Assembly (NCBI RefSeq): GCF_902713615.1
Contig: NC_052159.1
Location: forward strand, 21,689,709-21,753,708
DNA: 64,000 nt
DNA from: Scyliorhinus canicula
Lineage: Eukaryota
Direction of reading: 5' to 3'
The number at the start of each line of letters is the position of its first letter. The stretch's first letter is position 1. The notes under the pieces were generated by a model. The model was not told where the DNA came from. It was given only the letters and a program-made list of their open reading frames with translations, and made no database searches. Positions 37,344 through 49,267 of this stretch are shown one piece after another. A program made the position numbers and the translations under genes.

Positions 37344-37721
37344 AAAAAAAATTCTCTTAACAATTGACTTCCTGTTTAAGGTTTTGACACCTTGAGTTAC
37401 ATTTAGATAGGTTACATTTCCCGGACATTGTCCTAGTGCCCATCATTCTCGTGCCATCTTTCCTTGGTGCATGCCAGGATATCATAGAGAACATCTGAGC
37501 CCAGCTTTTTCTCAGCTGATGTGCACACCCTCAACCCATTAGGTGCCAAATGATTTGCAGCATCGGCAGATGTTTCAACACTCTCCAACTCACAGATGAT
37601 GCAGTTGCTTGTACTGTAGTTTGTTTTTCATCAGGGAATGAAGCCTGGTACCTTCCTGGTCTGCATGTCACTCACTAATCTGGATTTTCTCGACGAAAGA
37701 GCCAAGAGCAGGTTGAATTTT

Positions 37722-37915
37722 GAAACTAGATGTGGGAAAACTCAGCAGATCTGGCAACATGTGTAGTGACAGAAAACAGAGCCAACATTTCGAGGATGGA
37801 TTTGAAACATTGGCTGTATTTTATCTCCTTGCAGATGCTGCCGGACCTGCTGAGTTTTTTCTGCGCTCTCTGTTCATGTTTTGGAATCCGGCATCCATGG
37901 TATTTTCATTATTTT
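37722..37915. repeat. Palindromic Penelope terminal-repeat-like element
   Basis: CTCAGCAGATCTGGCAACAT..GCCAACATTTCGA pairs with TTGAAACATTGGC..ATGCTGCCGGACCTGCTGAG. Confidence 0.65.
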
Positions 37916-38030
37916 AGGATTTTAAGTTTTGAGTTGTAAGAATTAATTCTAGTTTATCTGTCATTAAAATAACAGCATTACAGCTGCACAATTTGGCTGT
38001 GTGTTAAAATCATTTTTTCTGTTCCTTTAG

Positions 38031-38231
38031 AGCTTTGCTTGGTCATCATGTTCAGAATGGTCAATTGGCCTTCGTGTACCCTTTGTGGTGGATGTTTGCC
38101 AGATGACGTTTGAGCAACTGGATTTGCTGTTGCGGCAAGTGTGCGAAGGAATGGATGGTAGTTCGGATTGGCCTCCACCACAGGAGAAAGAATGTATGGC
38201 CGTAGCAACACTCAACCTACTCAGACTTCAG
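38031..38231 (+). CDS. HERC2: HERC2 exon (about 17), 201 nt
   Basis: tag|AGC TTT..CTT CAG|gtaatg; SFAWSSCSEWSIGLRVPFVVD..DWPPPQEKEC..LNLLRLQ. Confidence 0.98.
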
Positions 38232-38761
38232 GTAATGGGATGTCTGCAGCTAAATCAAGAGTTGTGCATTTCAGTTCACCATGGTTTAACCTCCTATTAA
38301 TGTTAACAGTCTAGGTCATTAAGACTGAAATTGCTCTGGAGAAAAAAAATTGTTGAATTCAATTGCGAAATCTGAATGGTTTAAAATATTAAATGATATT
38401 ACGATCCATGTCGAGACAAGTAATCTTTTTTGAAAAAGTGGTGAATTTCCCAGTGACTGAGGGAAAGAAATACAGGACAAGATTTTGCGTTTTAAGACTT
38501 TGACTGTAGTAAACAAACTAAAATCAAAATGGTCTAAGTATTACTGAACAGACAACTAATAAACCAAACTAAAGAAAAGGTACTTTGGCATTGCCTAACT
38601 AAAGCAATCTAAATATGTGTCCGAAAGGATTTTACTTTCTGCTATGCTTCTAGCCAATATGTAGAATTAATTGTTGAGTTCCAAGTCCCAAATTACTCTG
38701 AGCAGGATGCTGTCTCCCTGCCACGCCAGGTTAAATCTTCCGGTGTCCTTTGACAATCCAT

Positions 38762-38920
38762 GGGCTGGTTTAGCTCAGTGGGCTGAACAGCTGGTTTGTG
38801 ATGCAGAACAAGGCCAGCAGCATGGATTCAATTCCCGGACCAGCGTATCCGAATGTGGTGACTAGGGCCTTTTCACAGTAACTTCATACTTGTGACAATA
38901 AGAGATTATTATTATTATTA
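38762..38920 (+). mobile_element. Short tRNA-headed SINE (head B plus tail 2)
   Basis: A box TAGCTCAGTGG, B-box-like ATTCAATTCC, tail 2, (ATT)n. Confidence 0.8.
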
Positions 38921-39012
38921 CTAAAATCACTTAATTCACCCTGAGTATCTCTGAACTGACTTACACCAGCGAGACATATCTTGATGCCCCCTTGTTCCAT
39001 TAAATTTCCAAA

Positions 39013-39313
39013 AGCAGCATGGTAGCACAGTGGGTAGCACTGTTGCTGCACAGCACCAGGGCCCCAGGTTCGATTCCCGGATTGGGCCATTGTCTGTCCA
39101 GAGTCTGCACGTTCTCCCCGTGTTTGCGTGTGTTTCCTCCGGGTGCTCCGGTTTCCTCCCACAAATCCCGAAAGACGCGCTGTTAGGTAATTTGGATATT
39201 GTGAATTCTCCCTCCGTGTACCCGAACAGGAGCTGGAATGTGGTGACGAGGGGCTTTTCACAGTAACTTCATTGCTGTGTTAATGTAAGCCTACTTGTGA
39301 CAATAAAGATTAT
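39013..39313 (+). mobile_element. V-SINE with tail 2
   Basis: Head A, V-core, tail 2. Confidence 0.9.
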
Positions 39314-39452
39314 AAATATCAAAGTCCTGTCTGTTCCATTTCCTTCTCTTCAATGAGGGAGCCAACTCTTACCAGCATCCTGTTTGGTTACTAACATAAA
39401 CATTTTTATGCTTTAAGATCTGTATCTTCCTTCTTGCCGGCCTCCTTGTGCG

Positions 39453-39456
<4 letters not shown>

Positions 39457-39492
<36 letters not shown>
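39457..39492. repeat. (TC)n microsatellite
   Basis: About 18 units. Confidence 0.95.
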
Positions 39493-39494
<2 letters not shown>

Positions 39495-40512
39495 GGCCAT
39501 TCTGTCTCCAAAAAGCAGCTCCCTGTGTCGGGGCTTGAAACCTGTCATCTTATTTTCAATACAGTAAGGTCCTGTCAGGGTTATCTTCCCATGAATCCTC
39601 ACAAAGGGTGAAATTGTGAATGACGAACATACTTCATAATGGAAGTGAATTAGATAGGTTCCAACCACCCTAAAATTTGACTTTTTCTTCCTGCCGGGCT
39701 CCCATTTACAGCCTGGAAACCTGTGGGATGGTGCACTGTTCTTGTTCTCCAACGAAAGGTGGTTATCTTCCAATATTCTATAGACTCTGGAACAGTTTCT
39801 ATGGATTGGAGGGTAGCTAATGTAACTCCATTGTTTAAAAAAGAAGGGAGAGAGAAAACTGGGAATTACAGAGCACTGAGCCTAACGTCATGGGTGGAGA
39901 AAATGCTAGAGTCCATTGTAAAATATTTAATAGCAGCGCACTTACAAAACTGTGGTTGGATCTGACAAAGTCAGCATGGATTTACAAAAGAAAAATCATG
40001 CTTGACATATCTACTGGAATTCTTCTATGATGTAACTAGTAGAGTTGATGGTAGGGAGCCAGTGGATGTGGTTTATTTGGGCATCAGAAGGCTTTTGATA
40101 ATGACCCGCATAAGAGATTAGCCTGCAAAATTAAAGCGGACAGGATTGGGAGTAGTGTATTGAGATGGGTAGAAAACTGGTTGGCAAACAGGAAACAAAG
40201 AACAGGAATAATTGGATATTTTTCCAAGTGGCAGGCAGTGACTAGTGGCATACCGCAGGGAATTGTGTTCGGACCCCAGCTGTTCACAAATTATATTAAT
40301 GATTTGGTGAAGGAACTAAGTAATATCTTCAAATTTACAGATGACACAAAGCTGGGTGGGAAGGTGAGCTGTGAGGAGGATGGGCAAATTGAGTGACTGG
40401 GGAAATGAATGGCAGATGCAGTATAATGTGGATAAATGTGAGATTATCCACTTTGACAGCAAAAATTGAAAGGCGTATTATTATTTGAATGGCTATAAAT
40501 TGGGAGAGGGAC

Positions 40513-40684
40513 GGGCAGCACAGTGACACAGTGGATTAGCCCTGCAGCCTCCCGGCGCCGAGGTCCCAGCTTTCATCCCGGCTCTGGGTCACTGTACGTG
40601 TGGATTGAGCACCTTCTCCCTGTGTTTGCGTGGGTTCGCCCCCACAACCCAAATAATTGATTACTCTTAAATTTATAAAAACAA
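40513..40684 (+). mobile_element. V-SINE, A-tailed type 3, with 14-bp TSD
   Basis: Flanks AAATTGGGAGAGGG (40497) and AAATTGGGAGTGGG (40685). Confidence 0.85.
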
Positions 40685-40844
40685 AAATTGGGAGTGGGGA
40701 ATGTACAATGAGTCCAGGATGTCTTTGTACACTAGTTGCTGAAAGTCAGCATGCAAGTTCGGTAGGCGGTGAAGAAGGCAAATGGTATATTGGCTTTCAT
40801 AGCGAGAGGATTCAAGTACAGGAAGCGGGATATCTTGCTGCAGT

Positions 40845-41006
40845 TATCATAATAGTAGCCCTTTTACTGTCAAAAGTATGAAGTTACTCGGAAAAGCACC
40901 TAGTCGCCACATTCCGGCGCCTGTTTGGCTAAACTGGTACGGGAATTGAACCCGCTTTGTTTTGCATCACAAACCAGCTGTCTAGCCACTTGAGCTAAAC
41001 CAGCCC
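40845..41006 (-). mobile_element. Head B plus tail 2 SINE
   Basis: Reverse complement of the 38762 type. Confidence 0.8.
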
Positions 41007-41104
41007 TACAGGTGCTTGGTGAGACCACACCTGGAATATTGTGTGCTATTTTTGTCTCCTACTCTGAGGAAGGATGTTCATGCTATGGAGAGAGTGCAGG
41101 AGCA

Positions 41105-41438
41105 TAGAACATAGAACAGTACAGCACAGAACAGGCCCTTCGGCCCTCGATGTTGTGCCGAGCAATGATCACCCTACTCAAACCCACGTATCCACCCTAT
41201 ACCCGTAACCCAACAACCTCCCACACCCTTAACCTTACTTTTTAGGACACTACGGGCAATTTAGCATGGCCAATCCACCTAACCCGCACATCTTTGGACT
41301 GTGGGAGGAAACCGGAGCACCCGGGGGAAACCCACGCACACACGGGGAGGACGTGCAGACTCCACACAGACAGTGACCCAGCCGGGAACCGAACCTGGGA
41401 CCCTGGAGCTGTGAAGCATTTATGCTAACCACCATGCC
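41105..41438 (-). mobile_element. V-SINE with the alternative CR1 tail B
   Basis: Same subfamily as 4898; tail GGCACAACATCGAGGGCCGAAGGGCCTGTTCTGTGCTG(TTCTATG)n. Confidence 0.92.
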
Positions 41439-42001
41439 GCTGGGATGGCGGGACTGATGTATGAGGAGAGATTTGGTTGATTAGGATTATATCCACTGGA
41501 GTTCAGAAGAATGAGGGGGAGATCTCCTAGAAACCTCGTAAATTGTAACAGGACTAAACGGGCTAGAGGCAGGAAGCTGTTTCCAATGACGGGGGAGTTC
41601 TGAATCAGGGAGGGGGTCACAGCCTGAGGATATGGGGTAGACCATTTAGGACCGAGATGAGGAGAAATTTCTTCACCCAGAGAGCTGAGCTTATGAAATC
41701 CTCTACCACAGAAAGCAGTTGAGACCAAAACATTGCATGTTTTCAAGAAGGAGTTAGATATAGCTCTTATAGAGGGACATGGGGAGTGTGAATGATTTAG
41801 GATTTCTGACCTGCATGGTTAATCTTACTCGTCTGCGTCAGCCATCAAAAGAGGGAAAGAGATTTCTCTTCCAGCTCTTAAACAGTCAAACAGCTTCCAG
41901 TTACATTCTAGTGGGAATTGTCCCGATAAGGCGCTCAATACTAAATCGTTACTTTCTCAGCGTGGATCCTTGTTGCTCAGGACATCCTAATGAATGTCTT
42001 G

Positions 42002-42688
42002 TGTTATGGGACAGGACTTGGAGACTCCAACATGTATTATGAAGCTCCCCTGACCGTTAACTTTTATGTTGAATTTGGCTAGGATGAGCACAAGAGCCTT
42101 TGCTTCATGTATGATTCATCAGACTTTCTAGGCACTTTTAGCAAAACAAAGTTTATTATAAGAATATAGTTAACAATTATGAAACGCTTATCAAGAATTT
42201 GTTATTTATTAGAAATATGAAAAAACCCACAACAGCTACAGTAATCTATGTGATTAATGTATGTGATTATAAACTCTTAATGAATCCCCCTGAGTAGCTG
42301 TTCCAATTCAATACAAAATCCAATAAACCAAAACCCCTTTCAAGGGCGTGGCCCAGCACACTGTCATCTCATTTGAATGGGACTGGTCCTGTCCCAGAGA
42401 TTCTGTTCCAGTTCCAACCAGCAGATTCAAAACTCCTTCAGAAAAGCAACTCTATCTTTAAAGTTACCAAGGCAGTATGCCAAACCCAATGTGCTTCAGT
42501 ACACTGAAACAGCTTTAAAATACAAACAGGGAAACACTGCTTCTTTCTTCTGCAGTTGGAAACCAAAACACTAAACCCCTCTCATCTGACAGCCGCAGCC
42601 CAGCTTCACCCACAAATGACATCACTGAAGCCGTGCTACAAGTTATGTGATAGGCCAAACCCTTTCTTAAAGGGACACTCACATGAGA
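42002..42688 (-). mobile_element. Solo LTR
   Basis: TGTTATG..CATGAGA termini; candidate 4-bp TSD CTTG/CTAG; antisense AATAAA near 42152. Confidence 0.55.
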
Positions 42689-43914
42689 CTAGGAAATTAA
42701 ACTTACTCAATGTAACGTCACAGTTTATATTTTTAGTGGGGTGTTCTTCCAAACATTTTAGAATATAAAGCAGAGTTACAGAGTCTACAAAATGTAAGTC
42801 TGCTAACAGTTTGTCCTTAAAATACGGATATCCAAAAGTATCTTTTAATAGAGAAATAAAAAAAAATACTCTAAAAAGTCTGGCGAGACTTGTTTGACGA
42901 AACAAGCGGGAACAGAACAGAAACTACACCCTCTTGCAGGACACGAGAGTGAGTGCTGGTTCTCTTGAATCTGTCTCTTATACCTTTTTGGTCTTAGAGA
43001 CAGCAATACATATCCGTAGATTCATATATCTTTCTCTTAAGAATAGTGTCAGCTTGGTCCCTTTTTAACCTGAAAGGAACTTTCTTTCAGTAGCCATTCT
43101 GAAGAAAGGATGTTATAGGTATTGACTCTTGTTATGGAATGTGATTCAGGCTGTAATCACTAATGGCCCGAAATGAGAACAATAGAGCCTTTAAGTTACT
43201 GGGCTCTTGTCACCTCGTTGCCATGGATTCAGCCCTTGTCCTTGGAGAAATGTAGTGAAAAGTGTTTGTCTTATCAGACTTCTGTGTTACTTTAAAACTA
43301 TGTACCTCAAAGTTGTGTTGGAGAAAATGATTAAATGAATTTGCAGAATATGTGTTTTTAATGCTTAATTTAAAACTGGGGCTTAATATTTATGCTTAAA
43401 CAGCTATCTTTTACCTATATTAGGTGTATTAGAAATACCTGGCTTCTAGAACTCTCCACCATTTTTTTTAATGAGGTCATTTATAGGACATGTTATCTCT
43501 GTTTAATTGCGGTGTTGGTGTCAATGCATCTTGATATATGGTCAAACTAATGGGTTCGAGGAAAATGTTATCTCTGTGGGTCTCTCGCTTAAGATTTCAC
43601 GAATGATGTTAAGAAGAATTTTATGTTTATCAATTCAAGATTTTGGAGTAAAAATTATTCTCCTGTTATATTTGTTGTTTGGATAATTTGAACTGTTTAA
43701 GTCTTATTCCTAATTCTATTTGTTATGGTTTTATCCCAATGGGTATTAGGGATTTTGAAAGACATTTATATTATATTGATTTTACTTGCATTATGTTGAG
43801 TTTACTTTACTTGTGTCACAAATACTCACCAGAATCAACTCCTGGCCGTGAGTTTTGATTCTTACAAAAAGCTTTTTATTTTACTTGACTTTGTGATCAG
43901 TGTGTTGTTCATCA

Positions 43915-44290
43915 CAGGGGAAAGTGGAAACAGGTTACTGAGTTGTATGATCAGCCATGAGGAATGAAGGGCATATCATATGAAGAGCAGTTGAGAACTC
44001 TGGGTCTGTACTCGATGGAGTTTAGAAGGATGAGGAGGGATTGAAACTTACAGAATACTGAGAGGCCTCGATTGAGTGAACGTGGAGAGGATGTTTCCAC
44101 GAGTAGGAGAAACTAGAACCTGAGGGCACAGCCTCAGACTGAAGGGACGATCCTTTAAAACTGAAATGAGGAGGAATTTCTTCTGAATCTGTGGAACTCA
44201 TTGCTGCCGAAGGCTGTGGAGGCCAAGTCACTGAGCGTCTTTAAGACAGATCTTGATTAATAAGGGAATCGGGGGTTATTGGGGGGGGGG
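43915..44290 (+). mobile_element. CR1 3' fragments
   Basis: Homologous to 58420-58770. Confidence 0.8.
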
Positions 44291-44640
44291 GGGGCTCTTA
44301 TTTTCTATGTTTCTTTGTCTCCAGGCAGGGGTTTAGTTCGAGCAGCATCAACCCCCTGTATCCAGAACATTCTTCTTTCATCATGTGTCAAAGGAGGCAT
44401 TTTAAAACATAACTCTTGTGAAGTTATGCATTTGTAACCTTGATTGATTGAAATTTTAGTTCTTCTCAGCTGTGTGTTGCCATGTCTGGATACTGGACAA
44501 ATGGACTGACCAGAATTCATGTTTTGAAAACTAAATATTATTTTGTCTGCCTTTTGAAACTCGGAATATGCGAGTAGGGGTGACGAAATTTAGCCGTGTA
44601 GTAGCCTAAACATATAATAAATTTTTCTCTTCTATTATAG

Positions 44641-44869
44641 CTTCATGCTGCTATTAGCCATCAAGTTGACCCAGAATGCCTTGGTTTGGGCATAGGCAGC
44701 ATTCTGTTGAATAGCTTGAAACAGACTGTGGTGACTCTTGCCAGCAATGCCGGAGTTCTAAATACAGTCCAATCATCTGCACAAGCCGTCTTGCAGAGCG
44801 GCTGGTCTGTGTTGCTCCCTACAGCAGAAGAAAGAGCTAGAGCCCTTTCAGCATTGCTACCTAATGCAG
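44641..44869 (+). CDS. HERC2: HERC2 exon (about 18), 229 nt
   Basis: tag|CTT CAT..GCA G|gtaagg; LHAAISHQVDPE..LQSGWSVLLPTAEERARALSALLP. Confidence 0.98.
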
Positions 44870-45243
44870 GTAAGGCTGAGATTTTCTTTTGAGGAATGTT
44901 TGTGTTGAAATCGCGACTGTTAATTCCCGAACAATGGGTCTCTGGTCCGATAAAGCATGTTCTAATGTACAGTGAAACCTGAGCAACATACCTCTACTTC
45001 AACTTTAGTAATACACCATGTGGTTTCTTTGACAAGGTTGCCAACTGTTGCCAAACTGAGGACAGGATTTTACTTCCCACAGAATCTTGGTGAAGTTTAC
45101 CCTTTGAACCCAAAGTTGAAATGGGCAAAAGGCCAATATATAACTCAATGTATCACTGAGACCACTGTGCAAAGACTTGAAACTTTAAACCTGTAAACAT
45201 TTTCCTGCATATTCAACTTTATTTTCATTTTATTGCAATTAAG

Positions 45244-45368
45244 TTTCAGGGAATGAAATGAATGTAAGTCCAGGTCGCCGATTTATGATTGACCTTTTGG
45301 TGAGCAGTCTGATGGCAGATGGAGGCTTGGAGTCAGCATTAAATGCTGCAATTACAGCTGAAATCCAG
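45244..45368 (+). CDS. HERC2: HERC2 exon (about 19), 125 nt
   Basis: aag|TT TCA..ATC CAG|gtaatg; SGNEMNVSPGRRFMIDLLVSSLMADGGLESALNAAITAEIQ (not in the ORF track). Confidence 0.95.
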
Positions 45369-45429
45369 GTAATGAAAACCTTTCCATTAAACTTATTTCT
45401 GTATTCAGACTGTCATTGATTATTTGTGA

Positions 45430-45865
45430 CTGGGAGTATGTTAGCATAGTGATTATGTTACTGGACCAGAAATTCAGAAACCCCCCTGAACTAATGATTG
45501 AAGACATGAGTTTAATCCTTAACCTGGCAGGTGAGGAATTTAAAATCAATTAATTAAATAAAGATGCAATAAAAAAATACGCTGCGATCAATAGTAGATA
45601 TGAAACTACTGGATTGTCATTAAAACCCATTTCGTTCACTAATGCCTTTTGGTGAATGAAGTCTGCCGTCGTTTCCTGGCCTGACCTATGTATGAATCCA
45701 GACTCTCAGAATGTTGTTGACTCTTAAGTGCCCCTGAAATGGCCCAATAAGCCACTCAGTCATTTTCAAGGAGGTGGCTCACCACCACTACCTTAAGGTC
45801 GATTAGGGATGGGATAATAACTGCTGGTCTTGCCAGCAAGCCCACATTCCATGAATGAACTAAAG
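45430..45865 (+). mobile_element. SINE family C, near full length
   Basis: Core plus tail matching the LINE 3' end at 31020-31115. Confidence 0.75.
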
Positions 45866-45903
45866 AAACTCCACAGGATAAGAGCAATTTGTGCTCTTCT
45901 ATG

Positions 45904-46362
45904 TGATCCCAGGCATGGAGGGATTTTCTTATGAGGAGAGGTTGAGTAGGTTGGGCCTGTACTCATTGGAGTTTAGAAGAATGAGAGGCGACCGTATTGA
46001 AACATTTAGGATTCTCAGAGGGCTTGACAGGTTAGATGCTGAAAGGTTGTTTCCTCTTGTGGGAGAGTTTAGTACCAGAGGGGGCAATCTCAGAGTGAGG
46101 AGTTGCCCATTTAAAACAGATGAGGAGGAATTTCCTCTCTGAAGGTAATAAATCTGTCGAATTCTTCATTGAAGAGGGCTACAGAGGCTGAACTGTTAGT
46201 ATGTTCAAGGCTGAGATCCAGGTTTATAATCAGTAAGGGAATCGAGGGTCATGGGGATAAGGCAGGAAAGTGAGTTGATGATATCGGATCATTCATTATC
46301 TCATTGAATGGTGGAGCAGACTGGTTGTGCTGAATGGCCTACTTCTGCTCCTATGTCTTATG
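45904..46362 (+). mobile_element. CR1 3' end
   Basis: IPGMEGFSYEERLSRLGLYSLEFRRMRGD; tail ..CTCCTATGTCTTATGG. Confidence 0.88.
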
Positions 46363-46805
46363 GAGACACTGTGGTGGATGAAGTAACATAATCAATGAGC
46401 GAACAATATTTTAATCATTTTTCTCCATAACATGCAGTCCAAAGACTTGCAGTTAATTTCTTCAAACCCGTTTCCATTGACTCTCCAATCAGACACGCCA
46501 TATGTTTCTGCTTCAAATGGTTTTCAGTAGACCCACATCACTTTGTTATTTCTCTTCAAGTGGTCTGCTTTCTTTCCTGTGTCGGTTTGTTAGATCCTGT
46601 TCTTCTTCCATTTAAAGTAAACTTTGCGTTATCTGGCACTTCACCAACCAGAGAATCCTCTACTAACCAGAATTTCTGACGTTTCCCTGACATGAAGCAT
46701 CATTTACCAGCTGGAAGCAATTACACAGTTATCCAGAGCCTATACATGTGCACTGTTTTATATTTTAATATAGTTTTTATTGTATTATTGAAGATTGTTA
46801 TGCCT

Positions 46806-47100
46806 TACGGTAGCATAGAGGTTAGCACTGTGGCTTCACAGCGCCAGGGTCGCAGGTTCGATTCCCGGCTTGGGTCACTGCCTGTGTGGAGTTTGCACGA
46901 TCTCCCCGTGTCTGCGTGGGTTTCCTCCGGGTGCTCCGCCAAGTCCCGAAGTACGTGCTGATAGGTTATTTGGACATTCCGAATTCTCCCTCTGTGTACA
47001 TGAACAGGCGCCGGAATGTGGCGACTAGGGGCTTTTCACAGTAACTTCATTGCAGTGTTAATGTAAGTGTACTTGTGACAATAAAGATTATTATTATTAT
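46806..47100 (+). mobile_element. V-SINE with tail 2
   Basis: Head A, V-core, tail 2, (ATT)n. Confidence 0.9.
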
Positions 47101-47124
47101 AAGTAATAAGAATAAGAATTATAA

Positions 47125-47266
47125 GTAATCAGACCAAGGCAAGCCAGCAGCACGGTTCGATTCCCGTAACAGCCTCCCCGAACAGGCGCCGGAATGTGGC
47201 GACTAGGGGCTTTTCACAGTAACTTCATTTGAAGTTACTCGTGACAATAAGTGATTTTCATTTTCA
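47125..47266 (+). mobile_element. Head B plus tail 2 SINE, directly behind the previous SINE
   Basis: GCCAGCAGCACGGTTCGATTCCC plus tail 2. Confidence 0.85.
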
Positions 47267-47459
47267 TACTGTTCTTTTACTTCCTGAATCCTTGCATTTT
47301 AGCTCATGCTACAAATATTGTGTTGAATTCCATTGATAGATTTTTGATGAACTGACACCACTCATTCCCCCATGTGTGCTGAATAATAAAGATGTTACTG
47401 TATATCTCCTAGTTGTTGTTGTTCAAGCAAACCTGTCTAAATTATAGTGCAGGCGAATG

Positions 47460-48400
47460 TGAATTAATGGGTCACTTTCAGGTTGACGGGCTGTTAGTAG
47501 AGGGTTGCTGCCAGGATCAGTGCTGGGGCCTCATTTGTAATGACTCAGAATTTGCTGTTGCTGATGATGCAAAGTTAAGTGGGAAAGTAAGTCCTAAGAT
47601 GGGCATGGTGTCTGCAAAGGGATATAGGGCAGCCCGAGTAAAGTGGGCAAGGAGTTTATAGATGGTATATAATGTGAAGCAATTAGGTATTCATTTTGGC
47701 AGGAAAGAAAAAAACAGAGTATTTTTGTATGGTGCGAGACTGACATAGGGGGGTGTTCAGAGAGATTTGGGTGTCCTTATACAGGAAACGCAAAGTTAAC
47801 CAGTTTTGATCAGACGATACAGGAAATGCAAAGTTAACCAGTTTTGGTCCGACGACACATAGAGTGCCATGTGGAATTTCAGTCAATGTACCCAAGGAAG
47901 GATAGATTTGCTTTCGCGGGAGTGCGACAGAAGGGTCATCAGCTGTACTACTGGGATGAGCGGAATGTCCCATGAGGAGAGGTTGTGTTGAATGGGTTTA
48001 TATTGGCCGGACTTAAGAAGAATGAAAGGTGATCTCATTGAAAGACATCAGATTTTGAGTGAGTCTGACATGGTAAACTCTGAAAGGATGTTTCCCCTAG
48101 CTGGCGAGTCTAGAAATAGGTTGCAGAGTCTCAGGATAACTGGGTGGCCACCTCAAACTAAGGTGAAGAAGAATTTCTTCAGTCAGAAGGTTGGGAATCT
48201 TGGAATTCTGTACCCCAGAGAGCTGTGGATGTTCAGTCGTTGGGAATACTCAAGGCTGTGATCAATAAATTCTTGGAATCTGAAGGGATCAAGGGATATG
48301 GGATTGAGAGGGAAAGTGAAGGTTAAAGATCACTCCTGAACTTATTAATTGATGCAGCAGACTCATGTTTGTAGGGCCTATTTTTCCTATTTATTATGTT
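47460..48400 (+). mobile_element. Old CR1 fragment
   Basis: ADDAKLSGKV, RRMKGDLIE, ERMFPL. Confidence 0.8.
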
Positions 48401-48674
48401 CATATATCCTTCTTTGAACACACTTTCAATTTTTCAGAGTACTGAAGCAAAGGCTTCAGGATCTCTATCATATAAATTGTTCATGAGAAGCTGAATTAAT
48501 GAGCTTAACTAGTTCCTGGCGTTAAGGAGGGCCTATTTCTTATGTTCATATATACTTTTCTGAAAACTCTTTCAATTTTTCAGAGTATCGAAGCAAAGGC
48601 TTCAGGATCCCTGTTATATTGATTATTCATGGAAAGCTGAATTAATGCACTAAACTAGTTCCTGGCGTTAAGGA
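48374..48674. repeat. Diverged tandem duplication, units of ~155 and ~146 bp
   Basis: Both units run GGGCCTATTT..AACTAGTTCCTGGCGTTAAGGA. Confidence 0.9.
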
Positions 48675-48825
48675 AAATATGGGGTTAAAAATATCCAGAA
48701 ACTATAGTTGTTCAAATTTACGCATCTTAAAATGGAGTCCCAGTGTGAACTCTTATGTAATACATTCTATTATCTTCTTCAAGCTGTACAAAACATTAAG
48801 TCAAGCGTAAATTAAAACAATGTTG

Positions 48826-48962
48826 AAGTTTCAGACTGATGACCCAGACCCGAAATGTTAACTTTATTTCCATCTCCACAAATGCTTTCTGACCTGCTGA
48901 ATATTTCCACCATCTTGATGTTTTTATTTCTGATGTCTGGCATTGTGGTAATTTGATTTTAT
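48826..48962 (+). repeat. Penelope terminal-repeat relic with hammerhead-like core
   Basis: CTGATGA 48836-48842 ... GAAA 48852-48855 TGTTAAC, followed by sequence like the right arm at 37800-37915. Confidence 0.55.
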
Positions 48963-49071
48963 GTAACAGATTCACACAAGCAAATGTATTTATCTGACTG
49001 AGTAGCAGTAAGTATCAAAGAGTCAACTCCTGTGTTTTTTGTCTGTTAAATAACTATGCATTTTCTTCAAG

Positions 49072-49250
49072 GACATAGAAGCTAAGAAAGAAGCACAGAA
49101 AGAGAAGGAGATAGACGAACAGGAAGCCAATGCTTCAACGCTCCATCGGAGCAGAACACCGCTGGATAAGGACCTTATCAATACCGGCATATATGAGTCT
49201 TCTGGGAAACAAAGCTTACCGCTTGTTCAACTTGTGCAGCAGTTATTGAG
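49072..49250 (+). CDS. HERC2: HERC2 exon (about 20), 179 nt
   Basis: aag|GAC ATA..TTG AG|gtactg; DIEAKKEAQKEKEIDEQEANAST..TPLDKDLINTG..LPLVQLVQQLL (not in the ORF track). Confidence 0.97.
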
Positions 49251-49267
49251 GTACTGATGAAAAATTA

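Larger units (their letters stand above)
39762..41770 (+). mobile_element. CR1 LINE fragment with three SINE insertions
   Basis: DWRVANVTPLFKK..NYR, SGIPQG..GP, FTDDTKLGG. Confidence 0.88.

Noticed and set aside
42971-42983. CTGTCTCTTATAC, the start of the Tn5/Nextera mosaic end
   Set aside because: Only 13 of 19 nt match and there is no junction; chance
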